Positions 21,960-35,520 of a stretch of DNA of 64,000 nucleotides are shown here, one piece after another. The stretch is taken from NCBI RefSeq assembly GCF_044704955.1, contig NC_092007.1, positions 4,960,001 to 5,024,000 on the forward strand. Direction: 5' to 3'. The notes beneath the pieces were generated by a model that did not search any database, had not been told where the DNA came from, and was given only the letters and a program-made list of their open reading frames with translations. How positions within the stretch are numbered: the first letter of the stretch is position 1; each line of letters starts with the position of its first letter. The DNA is from Pristiophorus japonicus. Lineage: Eukaryota. The translations under genes were made by a program, and so were the position numbers.

Positions 21960-24900
21960 TCAGCTCTGACTGGTGGGAAATAACGTAATAAAAAAGTACT
22001 GGGTCAATTCAGCAATAAATACATCTGCAAATGTCTTCTCCTACCTCTATGACGAACAAAACGAGTTTCAATTGATAACAATGTCGATGAGGTACATCAC
22101 CTAACAGAGCAACTAAGATTTGCCCGCAATGATATTAGCCCCAGGAGCGGATTCTACCCGTTCCAGTCCAGCAATTCTTGCTCATATGCTGAAATTCTGA
22201 CGACACGTTATTTTGAAATCTCTCTTTATTACCCCACGAGTTGAAGTAATTATTCCCATACCCGTGTAAGTCCATTTCTTTCATCACCAAGACAATGATG
22301 GCAATCAGAATGAGAACGGCAACAGCGTTTCTGATTGACATGGCGATTTTCCAAAATGATCCTGAAAATATTCAACAACAAAAAACACGCTCTTCATTAT
22401 TGCTCTGATTAACCCAGGTTTCTCGATAGCATTTAACAACATGTATGGGACTATTAAGATAGAAATCAACTCACATTTATTTAGTGCTTTTCCCAACCTC
22501 GCAACCCACTTTACAGCCAATGAAGTACGATGGAAGTTTATTCACTGTTGCACTGCAGGTAACGTGGCAGCTGTATTGCGCATAGAATGCTCCCACAAAC
22601 AGCGATGAGATAAATAAGCAGATAATCTCTTTCAGTATTACTGGTTGAGGGATAAATAATTGCCAAGGCATCGGAAAGCGCTGCACCTGCTCGTCTTCAA
22701 TCGATTCAGTATTACAGCATCCCTTAGAAAATGCAGCTATCCACATCGCATACTCGAATCTGCTCCTCCGTTATCCGATATCTTAATTCAGTCCATAAGT
22801 TGTGTTTAAAGTTAATCTGCGCCAATTGTCAGTATTTTGACACGTGATAGTTTGCTCAGAATATCAATAAAACTGACATTCGGCTAAAAAAACTGCGTGA
22901 AAATAAATTGAACTGAGCATTTGTAAATTGAATGATGGACTGTGCCCCACTAATGTTACAGTGAGCGCAAATATGGTTTCATAGAGTGTGTCACTAATTC
23001 AGAAAGTTCTGTTTTTTATAAACGATGACACATTCCTTCTAGTGTTTTATATTACACTTTCTATCTTCGTTAAAAAAGGCGACAATAATCAAATTCAGAA
23101 GACCAGAATATAAACTTGACGGGGATTATTCTCATCTGAATTTCGCGAGCAGCATGAACCAGAGCCAAACACTACTAAAATTAAGAATGGTATACGTCCT
23201 AAATTGCAAATAATCAGAGAAAAATACAACATTACTGCATAGGAGGAGGACATTCGGCCCATCATGTTCCTGCCGGCCAATTTAGCATTATCCAGCCTAA
23301 TTCCATTTTCAAGCTCATCGTCATATCCAACTAAATGCTATGGGAGAGTGTGCCTCTAAAGTCTTTCTGGCGGTGATTTGCAGAGCACGACCATCCTCTG
23401 GTGAAAGCATATCATCTCAAATCCCCTCTAATCCTTCTACAAATTACTTGAAATAAGTATGGTATTACGGACTCAGTGGAATTATTGCCTTCTCAGGGAT
23501 ACTCTGAAATAGCTGCAAGCCCTCCGTAGTTAAGCTGTGTGGCCAAGTTAAATCTGAGCATCGATCAAGTGATTGAGAGCCTGCAGCTCACTACCATTAC
23601 AATGAAAGGAAACCAGACGTCATAAAGTCTCCGATCAATTCAGAAGGTCTCGCTTGTTTAACGATCATACGCTACCTTTACTGTTTAATGTTAACCCCTT
23701 CCTCTCATCACAAGCACAGTGCGACCATAACTTAATTCAGAAAATCAGTGATTAAATTTTACATTTTTCCAACAATTTTAAGATAGCAGACAGTCACTAA
23801 CCAGACAATTACTCTACTGAAATTAGCAATGGATTCAGTCCTCAATCATAGATCAGTAAGTTAATACAAGCTCAAATGGAACTGATATTTGCTGACACTA
23901 ATTCTGTTCACTTAGTATCGGGCCAATGATGGAATAAACCAGCTATTTTAATCAAATTGCAGCAAATCTCAACACTCACCTGTTGAACAGATCTGATATT
24001 TGCCGACACTAACACCGTGTTCGTTCCATGCAACACAGGAGATATGGTGTCCTGTACCGGTTGGGTGGGTCAGTGTCAGATAGCTCTGCACCAGGGAATT
24101 ATTCATTGACCGGGTGGTGACTCCGAGACCTGGCATGTTTCTAGTGATGTTTCTTCCATTGACGCTCCAGGTGATGTTTGCCGGGGGCTTGGCTCTTACA
24201 CTGCAGGTACAATGAAACCCACTCTCAAATCTGGTGCAGGTCGGGCCCCATACTATGGTGGGTTTAACTGAAAAAATAGACAGTTCCACTTAAGATGATT
24301 TTAATCATGCAGTTGCATTGTTTAAGTTAAACCAATTGGCGCTATTTGGAGAAGCACAGGAGTGAACACAAAGCCCGGCATTACCAATAAAAAAACTTGC
24401 ATTTCAACTTGCATTCCAATCTCCAGTTCTGATGAAAGGTCCGCGGCCCGAATCGTTAACTCTGCCTTCTTTGCACAGATGCTGCCTGACCTGCTGAGTT
24501 TTGCAGCATTTTCAGATTTTATTCCAGATTCTAGCATCCGCAGTTTTTTGCTTTTTTTAATTTGCATTAATATAGCGCCGCTAACGTGGCAAAAATTCCC
24601 AATGAGCTTCAAAAGTTCACAGAAGACTACATCGGAAGTTTGGCACAGAAACGGTACAGTTGGCTCAACCACTCCATGCCTGAGTTAATGCTCCACTCGA
24701 GCATCCTCCCGTCTTTCCTCATCTAAAGCTATCAGCATAACGCTCTATTCCCTTCTCCCTCATACGCTTTTTCAACATCACTTTACATGCATCTGTTCAA
24801 TCAGCTTCAACCACTCGCTGTAAAGAAGTTCCTTCTGAATTCCCTCTGGGATATATCTTTTTGTCTACCCTATAAAAACCTTTCGTCATTTTAAAGATGT

Positions 24901-27900
24901 CAATTAGATCACTCCTCAGCCTTCTATTTTCAAGTGAAAAAAGACCCCAAAGAGCGTTAGCAAACAACATTTGATACGGATCATTCCTGTACCGTTACAA
25001 ATTTAATTGGCTCACATCACACTTACATTGTACAGAAATCTGTGTGGATCTGTTGGCGGTGCTCAGGTTATTTTCAGCCACGCAATAATACTCGCCGTCA
25101 TCTTCAGAACTAATGTTGTGAAATGTGTGCTTCAGTTCACCGGTGGATGATCTGCTGATCTCAGTGACAACTCGGACCAATGTTAAATTGACGGGCTGGT
25201 CACCCAGAGCCCTGCAGTACAATAATAATGAAGTGCCCTCCACTATTACGATAGAAGAATTGAAGCTTGGTTTCTCCAGTGCATCTGAAACACACGAGAG
25301 CATTGGTGTTATTGGAGAATATCGGAGCAGAAGAGTAAAGTCAATTTGGCAATTGAAGAATAATATTAAAGCCGATATGGTGGCTATATTGCCAAATCTA
25401 AATTTAAAAAGCCAGCCTATGATTGTTGGCGCTGTACTGCTTAAGATTATTTCAAATTTAGACCAAATTTATCTCAACGTTTTATCCTCTTCACTTCAAA
25501 CGTTTGTAGTGACTGCCTGGACGTGATTCTTTTCCACAGAAACATCAATCAAGCGGCCATTCCTCCAACAACAAGAACAGTGGCCTTTCTCATCACTTGA
25601 ACAGAGCTGTTGAGGCGGATTGCAGGCTCCCGACCACCACCGCTGATAACTCGTCACATACACTTATGTTTCAGATGCTCTCTCGGTGCAACTATATCAG
25701 GAATTAGGAGCCTTTGGAATAACATTTGACATAAGTAGCATCTATGGAGCCTTCCAATGTTACTCCCTGGGTCTTTGTCAATGTGAAATAATACAACTCA
25801 CAAGAAATGTTTGATAGTCAGTTCGACCCAATGGTTATAGGAATATATCTTACACTTCGAGTACGTTCCGCTATTCAATTAGATCATGGCTCATCCATAT
25901 GGTAGCTCTGCCTACCCGCTTTTGCTTTATTCTTATTTTTAAAAACTATCCATCACATATGTTGTATATTTAATTATCTCGGCGAGCTATCACTCCACTG
26001 AGCATCAAGACAAGTTTGGATCCTGTTTATCAAAGGATGATGCAATGCAGGGTACAGCAGATACTTACTTTGAATGTGCAGTGTGAGAGTTTCTTGAACA
26101 CTCCCCTCGACACCATCAACGACAAGCTGACATCCCAGCTTTTTCCCATTGTGGTCTGGTGATGGGGTGAAGATGAATGTTGTTGAAATAGCCCATGATC
26201 CCTCCAACCTGTTGTCTCTGTATTTGGAATTTTTAGTCTCTTGCAGCAAACGAACATTATCCTCGTCCTGAATCCACGTCAGTTTTGGATTGGCGGAGGG
26301 GCAGCTGGAGGTGACTGAGCAGGTTAAATATACGGGCTTTCCAGCAATCAATTCCCCAGGGACTGAAATCCATGACTTATGTGTAAGCAGTGAAAGGAAT
26401 TCGTGTGACTGTGGATTTCAATATAACACATGTGGAGGGAAGGGCCAGGCGGTTCAGTTCAATGTCTGAGATAATACCATGAGCAAAAATTTATATGTTT
26501 TCCACTTGATCTCTGCTATGGGAAGGAGCCGATTGTTAATTATTACTTACGGTCACAGAATCAATCGATTGATGCATGTGTTCATGAACTTAATGTCCTG
26601 CCACAATATGAATGAATTATTCATGTGGGCTTGTTTCTGATCGGTCAGTCACCGCTCTGCAGCACACAATTATTTCAATTCAAATTAAGGTCAGAAAAAA
26701 CATTCAAAACAGAGTCCGAGATTTGGTTCCTTGAGTATACCTGGGATATTCTTAGTCCAACGGCTCACTCTCACGTGGAACAGTTGATTTAGCCATTGCT
26801 TATTTTTATTCTTGCTTTTAATTCATTTTCTCTCATTTAGTCTCGCGATAGGAGTGCCACAACTAACCTTCAGGACGAGGGACACGCTTAACAAACCTGG
26901 TTTGTTACTGTTACCAACAGCGGGACAGTGCACAGCTATGAGAAGAAAGCAAGACCAGGTTGCGGGTTCAAGACCCATTTCAGAGACTTAAGCACAACCT
27001 GTAGCCTGACACTCCAGTGCAGTACTGATGCATTGTCACAATGCCGGAGATTCCATTTTACGGATGAGATATTAACCTGTTCTCCTAATTTACCTCTCAA
27101 GTGTACATAACAGTTCGCACAGTATTATTTTGAATGAGCCTTTGTCCTCGTTAACTTTGATTGATCGACGCGTTATCTGCAAGGCTGGTGGATGTTTTAA
27201 AAGACAAATACAGATGTCCTTCAGCCGTGGTGGGCCGAAGGGCCTCTTAATGTAATGTAAGATTAAATATTTCTATGATTGTATTTTATAACACACACCT
27301 GGATATTATTCAGTGTACCAGCCCTGCAGAGATGGCGTGTGACGTGGGCCAATGTCAACATGAAATCTTTCATTTTAGGCAAAAATTGAATGGCATTGGC
27401 GAGATGGAACATTAACTACAAAACGAAAAATTCAAAATAACTTACTTAAAATAGAAAGATTGACAGGAGTTTTGGAACCGTATCCTTCTATCTGATCCTG
27501 GGAGTTCATGATCTTCAATATGAAGTAATATTCTCCTCCATCGCTCTCCCTGATGTCCTTTAACCGTAAGGAGCATTGCTTCTTTATAAAGTCGCCGGCT
27601 AACTCTGCCCTCCCTCGATAGTCATGGTGCATATTGTCTGCATCTCTGGAATCATAGATAACCGAGACCCCTGGTGCATAAAGATGAGGACTCCCCTTTA
27701 ACCACATACCCTGTGGATTGCGACCATTCGTGGGATAGTCAAATCTACACGGGATCTTTGCACATGAACCCTTCACCGTCGATAAACTCCATGGTGTCGT
27801 CACAGACCATCGTGAACTACGTACAACTGGTGAAGAAATAGAAATTAAACATCCATTGAAATCCCCAATATGAATACTTTCCCTCATCGTCAGGTTAAAT

Positions 27901-28244
27901 AATATTACTTTAACCTTTGACGCCCACGAAAACATATTAATGAGTACCTCAATGAAAAGGCGTTAAATTTTAATTAAAACTCCTCCAATTCCATTAACTA
28001 CTCCATTGAAAGCCGGCAAATCAGAAAGTAAATATTAAATCAATATGATAAATACATAAAGAAGTTCTGAATAAAACATATTAAAAGTGCAAATCACAAA
28101 TTACTAGTTAAGCATGTACTATCTCTATAAAGTAAGAACGTTTTAATTGAACACAAAATGGAAATCGTTTCGAACATCAATTAGTAAACTGAACATTTTA
28201 CCTTTACAGAATATCAGAATGGAGATAAATGTTAAACTCTTCAT
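21960..28244 (-). CDS. Copy B: Siglec-like receptor, activating type (TM Arg, short tail); D2 acceptor mutated
   Basis: Exons: 28202-28244 (SP), 27446-27826 (V), 26069-26380 (D2, acceptor AG->AC), 25027-25284 (D3), 23980-24267 (D4), 22262-22361 (TM: GSFWKIAMSIRNAVAVLILIAIIVLVMKEMDLHG). Probable last coding bit 21960-21969 (GQS*). The 3' end is uncertain. Confidence 0.75.
22262..22361 (-). CDS. Copy B transmembrane exon with Arg
   Basis: atattttcag| acceptor, GG|GTATGG donor, phase 1->2 as in copy A. Confidence 0.85.
22470..22730 (-). mobile_element. Deu-domain SINE 3' part (one per unit)
   Basis: cactttacagccaatgaagtac..cccacaaacagc..ggttgagggataaat; recognised from recall only. Confidence 0.6.
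23980..24267 (-). CDS. Copy B membrane-proximal Ig exon
   Basis: GT-AG intact; 14 aa differences from copy A. Confidence 0.9.
25027..25284 (-). CDS. Copy B Ig domain 3 exon
   Basis: Protein identical to copy A; GT-AG intact. Confidence 0.9.
26069..26380 (-). CDS. Copy B Ig domain 2 exon (canonical acceptor lost)
   Basis: Open frame; acceptor reads cttacac instead of cttacag. Confidence 0.75.
27446..27826 (-). CDS. Copy B V-set exon
   Basis: Same splice sites as copy A; 2 aa differences. Confidence 0.9.
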
Positions 28245-31200
28245 GGGTGGAACGGTTCACGATGTCAAAATGACAGAAATTGACTCAATCTCAGATATCA
28301 CTAATCTAGTTCCAGATTCCGTTCGCCGGTAATATCCTGGAGTTCACAGATGACCGAATCAGAGTATCAGCAGGTCAGTTGAAAGCTATCCAACAAACAT
28401 TCAACACCGTGGTTGCTCAAACAGCTATCACCACTCCTCGGATGTTGTTCATCAAAACTGCTGCAATTCTGGATCATTTCGAACGTGACCATGTCCTGTA
28501 GTAATTGGCCCGCAGTTACAGGATATGCTGAGACCCCGCCTGTTGCTGATTAGCTCTGAGCAGAAATATACCAATTTCCCCTTCATCAGCACAGCTACAG
28601 GGCACGGGTGGCATTCTAGTTTGGAATACAGAATAAATGTTCGGACACTGAAATATGTAGAGGAACAAAGTGGCCTTGGAGTGCAAGTCCACCGATCCCT
28701 GAAGGTAGCAGGACAGGTAGATAAGCTGCTCAAGAAGGCATACGGAATACTAGCATTTATTAGTCAAGGTGCAGAATACAAGAACAAAGAGGTTATTCTT
28801 GAACTGTATAAAACACTAATTGGACCACTGCTAGAGTACTGTGTGCAGTTCTGGTCTTCACTTTACAGGAAAGATGTGATGCACCAGAGAGGGTATGTTG
28901 CCTTTAATGGAGAATCTTATATTTGAGGAACGGTACTATAGGCTGGGGTAGTATTCTTTGAAATAGATGAGGCTGAAGGAAGATTAAATTGAGCTGTATT
29001 ACATTATGAGAGGCCTGGATAGAGTGGATAAGAAGGACCTACTTCCTTTAGCAGAGGGGTCAATAACGATGGGGCATAGATTAAAAGTAATTGGTAGGAG
29101 GTGTAGTGGGCATTTGAGGAGAATTATTTTCAGCCAGAGGGTGATGGGGGACTGGAATCACTGCCTCAAAGCATGGTAGAGACAGAAACCCTCAGCATCT
29201 AAAAATTACATGGATGTGCACTTGAAGTGCTGTAACCTACAGGGATATGGAGCGAGAGCTGGAAATGGGATTAGGCTGGCATCGCTGAAATTAACGGACT
29301 TATATCCAGGTTGCTGCAATGAAACTTTTCTGATGATTCTGATTACAGTGCTGGAACTGTGAGTTGTGATTCAGCTTTTAGATTCGAGGGTCTATGTAGC
29401 TGGAAGCAATGTGGAAATTTGTCTACAGGAATATATCCCTTCACCTTCTATGTTACAAGAAGGACATAGATGAATTGGAGAAGGTGCAAATCAGATTTTC
29501 AAAAAGTAGACCAGAAATGGGAGAATATAACCAGCAGGAAAGTCTGAACGGTCTGGCAAGCTTTCCTCTAGAAAAGAGAAGGTGGAGGGGTGACATAATA
29601 GAGGCCTGTAAAATGATGAAGGGGTTTGATAGGATAGATGAAGCAGAGATTTTCCACTTGTGCGGGGATCAAAACCAGAGTTCATCGATATGAGATAGTC
29701 ATTCAGAAATAACAGAAGGAATTCAGGAGAACCTTATTTACCCAGAGAATGGTGAGAATGTGGAAGTTGCTACCACACGGAGGGATTGAGGCGAATAGTA
29801 TAGATGTGTTTAAGAGGCAGCTAGATAGCTACATGAGGGAGAAAGGAATATGCTGCTGGATGAAATAAACTTGGGAGGAGAAAGCTCCGGTGGAGCATAA
29901 ACGTTGCCTTGGACAAGTTGGGCCCAATTGCATGTTTCTTTGCTGCACATTTGATGTAATTAACCCTGAATTAATTGCATCAAGTTTGCTGAGTATCTCA
30001 CTATATTCAAGGATGCGATAGATAGATATTTGTAGTTTAGAGAATGAAGGCTATGTGGAGAGGGCGGGAATTTGCTAAGGTCGATGATCAGCTATGACCT
30101 CATTGAATGGCGGAGCAGGCTTGAGGGGCCATGTTGGCTACTCCTGCTACTATTTCTTATGTACTTTTGTTCTTTATTATGGTTCTGTGTCGACAATGAG
30201 CTCTACGTTTGTTTTTTATTTATTTTTATTTTGTTTCTGTCTTGACTGGTGTATGGAATGTGTATTCAACTCAGGCGCCAGCTTGGTTTATCTGTCTCGA
30301 TTAGGGATGTGCGTTCAGATCCAAGACTCAGGTGTTTAACAATACCTGACTCCATATGCCTGCTCAGTCCCAGAGTGGAGGGTGATGCAATGTACTTTGC
30401 TCAATTACACTCCACACAAGGCCCAGCTTGCTTTGAGGCTCACGGGTTGGGTATTGTGTAATCAGCATCTGGGTCTAGTAAGTGTTTACCACTGACTGCC
30501 CCTATGGTACATGCTCAGTGTCTCCCTCAGTGTCGCTGCCTCGAGGTGGGTTTATTTACACCGTGTGTTGTGTAGCACCAGAGCGCGCTGTGAAGCGCTG
30601 GGTCCTATTTAGCGACTGTGTTGTTGTGGTTACCGCAACGCACAGCACCCTGCTATCTCTGGCGTACATGTAAGTGAATCATTGTGTACGACGGACATGG
30701 ATGAAAGATATCTGTTGTCAAGCAACATCTCTTTATACCGTGTGCTGCATCTTGAAATTTCATGGTCTGTTTGCAGCTCTGTGTTTAACCCTTCAAGCAA
30801 TGTGAGATCAACTTTGACAGTGTGCTTGAGTGATTTATATGAAACACGGGTGGAAGCTACAACGAGGATGCCGTTGCCTCATATCAGGGCAGTTAGTGCA
30901 TGGGAACTCCATCCTCTTCCAGTTCCCCTGCAAGTCACAGCATAACCCTGATTTGAATATGTATCACCCTCCCTGCAACAGAGATAGGGCAAAGTCCTAA
31001 AATCCCGGAACTCCGTCCTTAACAGCGCTGTGGGAGTACCTTCACCACACGGGCTGCAGCGGTTGCAGAGCTCGGCTCATTACCAGCTTCTCAGGGGCGA
31101 TTAGGGATGGGCAATAAATGAGACATTGCAAGCGATGCTCACATTCCAGGAGCGAATAAAAGATATGCAGCTGCATTTTTCCACGGTCCTCTCCCACCTC

Positions 31201-34200
31201 CAATATTCAAATTATGCCCCTGTTCTGAAATGTATCTTTATTAGTAAAATGAGTTCCCGCCAGTACCTCAAACAACTAACCATTTTTAACTTGCAAGTCA
31301 CGCAAATAATATCTCCAGGATTTTCGATAGGAGCGGAATTTTTATGATCCTGGCACTGGTTGGCTGGGATGGGGATTTATAATTGCTGATTGGCCCTTGG
31401 ATTTTAAGAAAATCGACAATGCAATTGTGTATTGCAGTGTGTTGCCATTTCCTCGACTGCTCCTGCAGCCTGAGCTCATGGAGATTCCTTGGGCTCAGTG
31501 CGAAAGTGAAAGGCTTCTCCATGCAACAGCACCACACAGTGGCAGCCCGACGGCATTACAAGAGATGTTTTTCACTGCACCATCAGACACATCTGGGCTC
31601 AGCTGTGGCTAACATCCTCTATCATGCCAAGATTAACTCCTAGTTCACCTCACCTTACCCAACACGTTGCCGAAATGTACTTCAGCATCTACAGAATGAA
31701 ATAGGGGAATGTGTTATTCCTGATACAATGGACTTTCCACTTTTGTCCAACACATCGCACACTTGGATCTGTTCTCTCTCCACACATGCTCTCAATAGTA
31801 GCAACAGCTCCCACTCCTATTTGGATCAGTTTACAGACCAGGCACATGAGTCTTCAGTTGTACAAGCGAAATGCTTCCGGAACAAGTTGTAAACCTTGCG
31901 AAATTCCTCTTGTTAAGGTATACTGCTCTTACTGACAAACACGGTCTGGGCCTATTAGGTTGAATTGTTGTAAAGGGTGGAGTTCTGGCAAGGTGAATTG
32001 TTACCATATTTCATGCACATTATTGTGTTCGATGCTTGGAACACAGTTATATCATGGAAATCACCGTGATTTTCTTTACTGAATTGGGACATTGAGACTA
32101 TTTACTTTTCACAGTATCAAGTTCCCAGCATCGGTTTTTGGTCCTTGCACAATGAGCTCACATGGTTGAGCAGATGTCCCACTGGGAATATCCTAAAGAT
32201 GCACCATACCAATCGTTGTGGAAATAGCACGGCCCACTAAGTTCTTTGTTTTTAACTCGTGCTGTGCAATTCACTGGAACTAGTCGCAGTCCCACTACTC
32301 TATCCTCACAGCGCTGTACATTATTCCCGTTTAAAATATATATCCAATATGGGTTTGAAAGTTACTATTGATTTTGATACTCCCACATTTTCAGGCAGTG
32401 AATTCCATGTCATAACAATTCTCTGTCTATTCCCTGCAAATGTTTTCCAAATTTACTTTCCGGTGCCTTTCAGTTTAATGCAGAGCACACCAGTTACCCA
32501 CCTTCAACACTCACTCCCTCCACCACCCTGGTGCACCGTCTTCAAGATGCACTGCAGCAACTCGCCAAGGCTTCTTCGGCAGCACCTCCCAAACCCGCCA
32601 CTTCAAACACCTAGAAGGACAAGGGCAGCAGGCGCATGGGAACACGACCACCTCCAAGTTCCCCTCCCAGTCACACACCGTCCAGACTTGGAAATATATC
32701 GCCCGTTCTTTCAACGTCGCCGGGTCAAAATCCTGGAAAGTCCTCCACAACAGCGCTGTGATAGCACCTTCACCACACGGACTGCATCGGTTCAAGAAGG
32801 CAGCTCACCACCAATTTCTCAAGAGCAATAAGCAACGGGCAATATATTATGTCGTGCCACTGATAAAGAGTCAAACATAACTAATTACCCATTATTATAA
32901 AATATCTCAGAAAATTATTCAATTGTTAAGCTTCTCTTGGGCTCAAATCGGGACCCTAATAAACGAGGTTGCATGTATGTTCCTGGGTTTTATTGACAGG
33001 CTGAACATAATGGGAAGATTCAATTTTATTGGCATCATAACATCCTGGGAAAGCTTCACGATTTCAGTGGAAATAGTGAAGGAGGAAATTGTTGCCGAAA
33101 AGCATTTCCAATATAACAAAGTAGCTGGTATTACTCAGAAATATCCACGCTGTCCCAACCACATTTGCTGCATTGAGTAACAGGAGCATATTTCCACTAT
33201 TCACTGCACTGTGTCTGACCGGGAGAAGGTGGAGGTTTATTTTGGATGTAAGTATAGCGTTCCACTCTCAGCATCTCTGAGCTCCAGTAACAAATATCAA
33301 AATAAATTAGTTGTGATGTGTTTTAATGAAACTATGACAAATTACAAGTTACATAACAGAATTATGCAATCATAGAAAGGTTACAGCACAGAAGACTATT
33401 TGACCCGTCGAACCCATGCCGACTCTCATCTCGATCCACTCCTGCTCCCTTTTCCCGTGGTCCTGCATTTTTTCCCTTCAGATATAATCTACCTCAGTTT
33501 TGAAAGGTAAGATTGATTCTGCTGGCACCGCCCTTCCAGGCAATGCATTCCAGATCCCAACCACGCGCCGCATAAAAAGCATTTATCTTACATCGCAATT
33601 TGCTTCTTTTGCCAATCACCTTAAATCTGTGTTTCTGGTTCTCGACCCTTCTGCCAATGGGAACAGTTTATCTCAATCTACTCTGTACAGTCCCATCATG
33701 ATTTTGAACTCCTCTATCAAATCTGCTCTCAATACTATCAGTTCCAAAGATAACAACCCCCCAGGTTCTCCACTCTCTCCTCGTAACTGAAGTCCCACAT
33801 TCTCGGAATCTTTCTCGTAAATCTTTACTGCACCTTCTCTGAAGCAGATGTATCTGTACCCAGTTGGGGCCGAACCAGTGTTTTATACAGGTTAATCATA
33901 ACTTCCGCACTTTTGTACTCCCTACCACTATTTATGAGGCCAACTGGCCTTACCTAATTGAATTTGCAATTTTCTGCACAGTCTGATAATGAGCGGAATC
34001 TGATACAGACAGCAATACTTCAGAAACCACGCAGATGCATTGTTTCTTAAACACATGTTCCTAAATAGTACACGGCTTTTAAATGACCCTTTTGAAAACA
34101 CAATAGTTTGTACAATATCTGTGTATTGTAATGGTAACTGATTAGAATTGACACTGAGCTGTGAAGGTTTATTATACTGTGTTGACAGATGCTGCCAAAT

Positions 34201-35109
34201 TAATCCAATTAACTGTGGAGAAGTTCCTCATTGACCGCCAGAGTTGTCTAAGACGTTAACAGAGGGAGGTGTGTAATGCAAACAATCTTAACATTACTGG
34301 GGAAGATTGCTACTTTATTAAAGCACATCAACACTGTTTAAAAGTGACTGGAACCATTCAAGCCAACGGCATTTCAGGCATCTGTTTGGAGTGAAAACAA
34401 GTGTGGGATTGTAAATTTCACAAACGCAAGGATGTTATGCCAACCCTTTATAAAATATCGGATTGGCCTCAACTGGAGAATTCAGTCCAATTCTGGGCAT
34501 CGCACATTAGGAAGGACGTGAAGGCCTGAGAGAGGGTGCAGAAAATATCTACGAGAATAGTCCCAATGACGAGGGACTTCAGTTACGTGGAGAGACTGGA
34601 GAAGCTGGGGTTGTTCTCCTTAGAGCAGAGACGTTGGAGAGGAGATTTGACAGTGGTGTTCAGAATCAAAAGTAGATAGAGAGAAAGTGTTCCCATTGGA
34701 GGAAGGGTCAAGAACCAGAGGACACAGATTTAAGATGATTGCCAGAAGAACCAATGGCGATATGAGAAAAAAATATTACGCAGCGAGTGGTTAGGAGCTG
34801 GAATGCACTGCCTGGACGGGTGGTGGAGGCAGATTCAATCGTGGCTTTCAAAAGAGAATTGGATATGTACCTGAAGGAGAATAAATGCAAGGCTACAGGT
34901 AAAGGGCGGGGCAGTGGGATTGGTTGAAATGCTCTTGCAGAGATCCGGCACGGACTAGAAGGGGGCCAATGACCTCCTTTTTTGCTGTAACGATTTTAGA
35001 ATTTTATTTTGTTTAAAAAAAACACAGTAAACAGAACTGAAAATATTAGCGATTAATCTGCGAAATATGCTCATTTTCACAGAAATTGCAGGCATATGAA
35101 CTTTAAAAT

Positions 35110-35273
35110 CATTTAAATTTGCAGCATATTAACTGTAATCTTCATTCTTGAGATACCTTTCATATTTGTGAAAGTTTCAAACTTCCAGCGATTGCCGCCG
35201 GAACCTCTACACTTTGCGCCGATTGGATGGATGCTGTCCATCTGCTAGCAATGTTTCTCTCCTGGTCTTGGCT
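35110..35273 (-). pseudogene. Decayed ITIM-exon relic, copy C
   Basis: Same lesions as 21550-21712. Confidence 0.8.
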
Positions 35274-35520
35274 CTGTAACAGAAAGCAGTGCGTTAGAAA
35301 AGGGTGTGAGGCCACTTTCTGTCCCAGAATAACCCTCTTTCTCGCTGCCCAGATCATTTTCAATCTTTCCCTACTCAATGATGGAAACATTCTGAGCGTT
35401 GCAACATGCAGGACCAATGAAAAGACGAACACGAAAATAACAGATGCCCCATCGAGCCAATCCCAAACAGTCAGGACGCAACAATGCCTCAGGATTGCAA
35501 CTCTCCCTCTCGGCACCATG

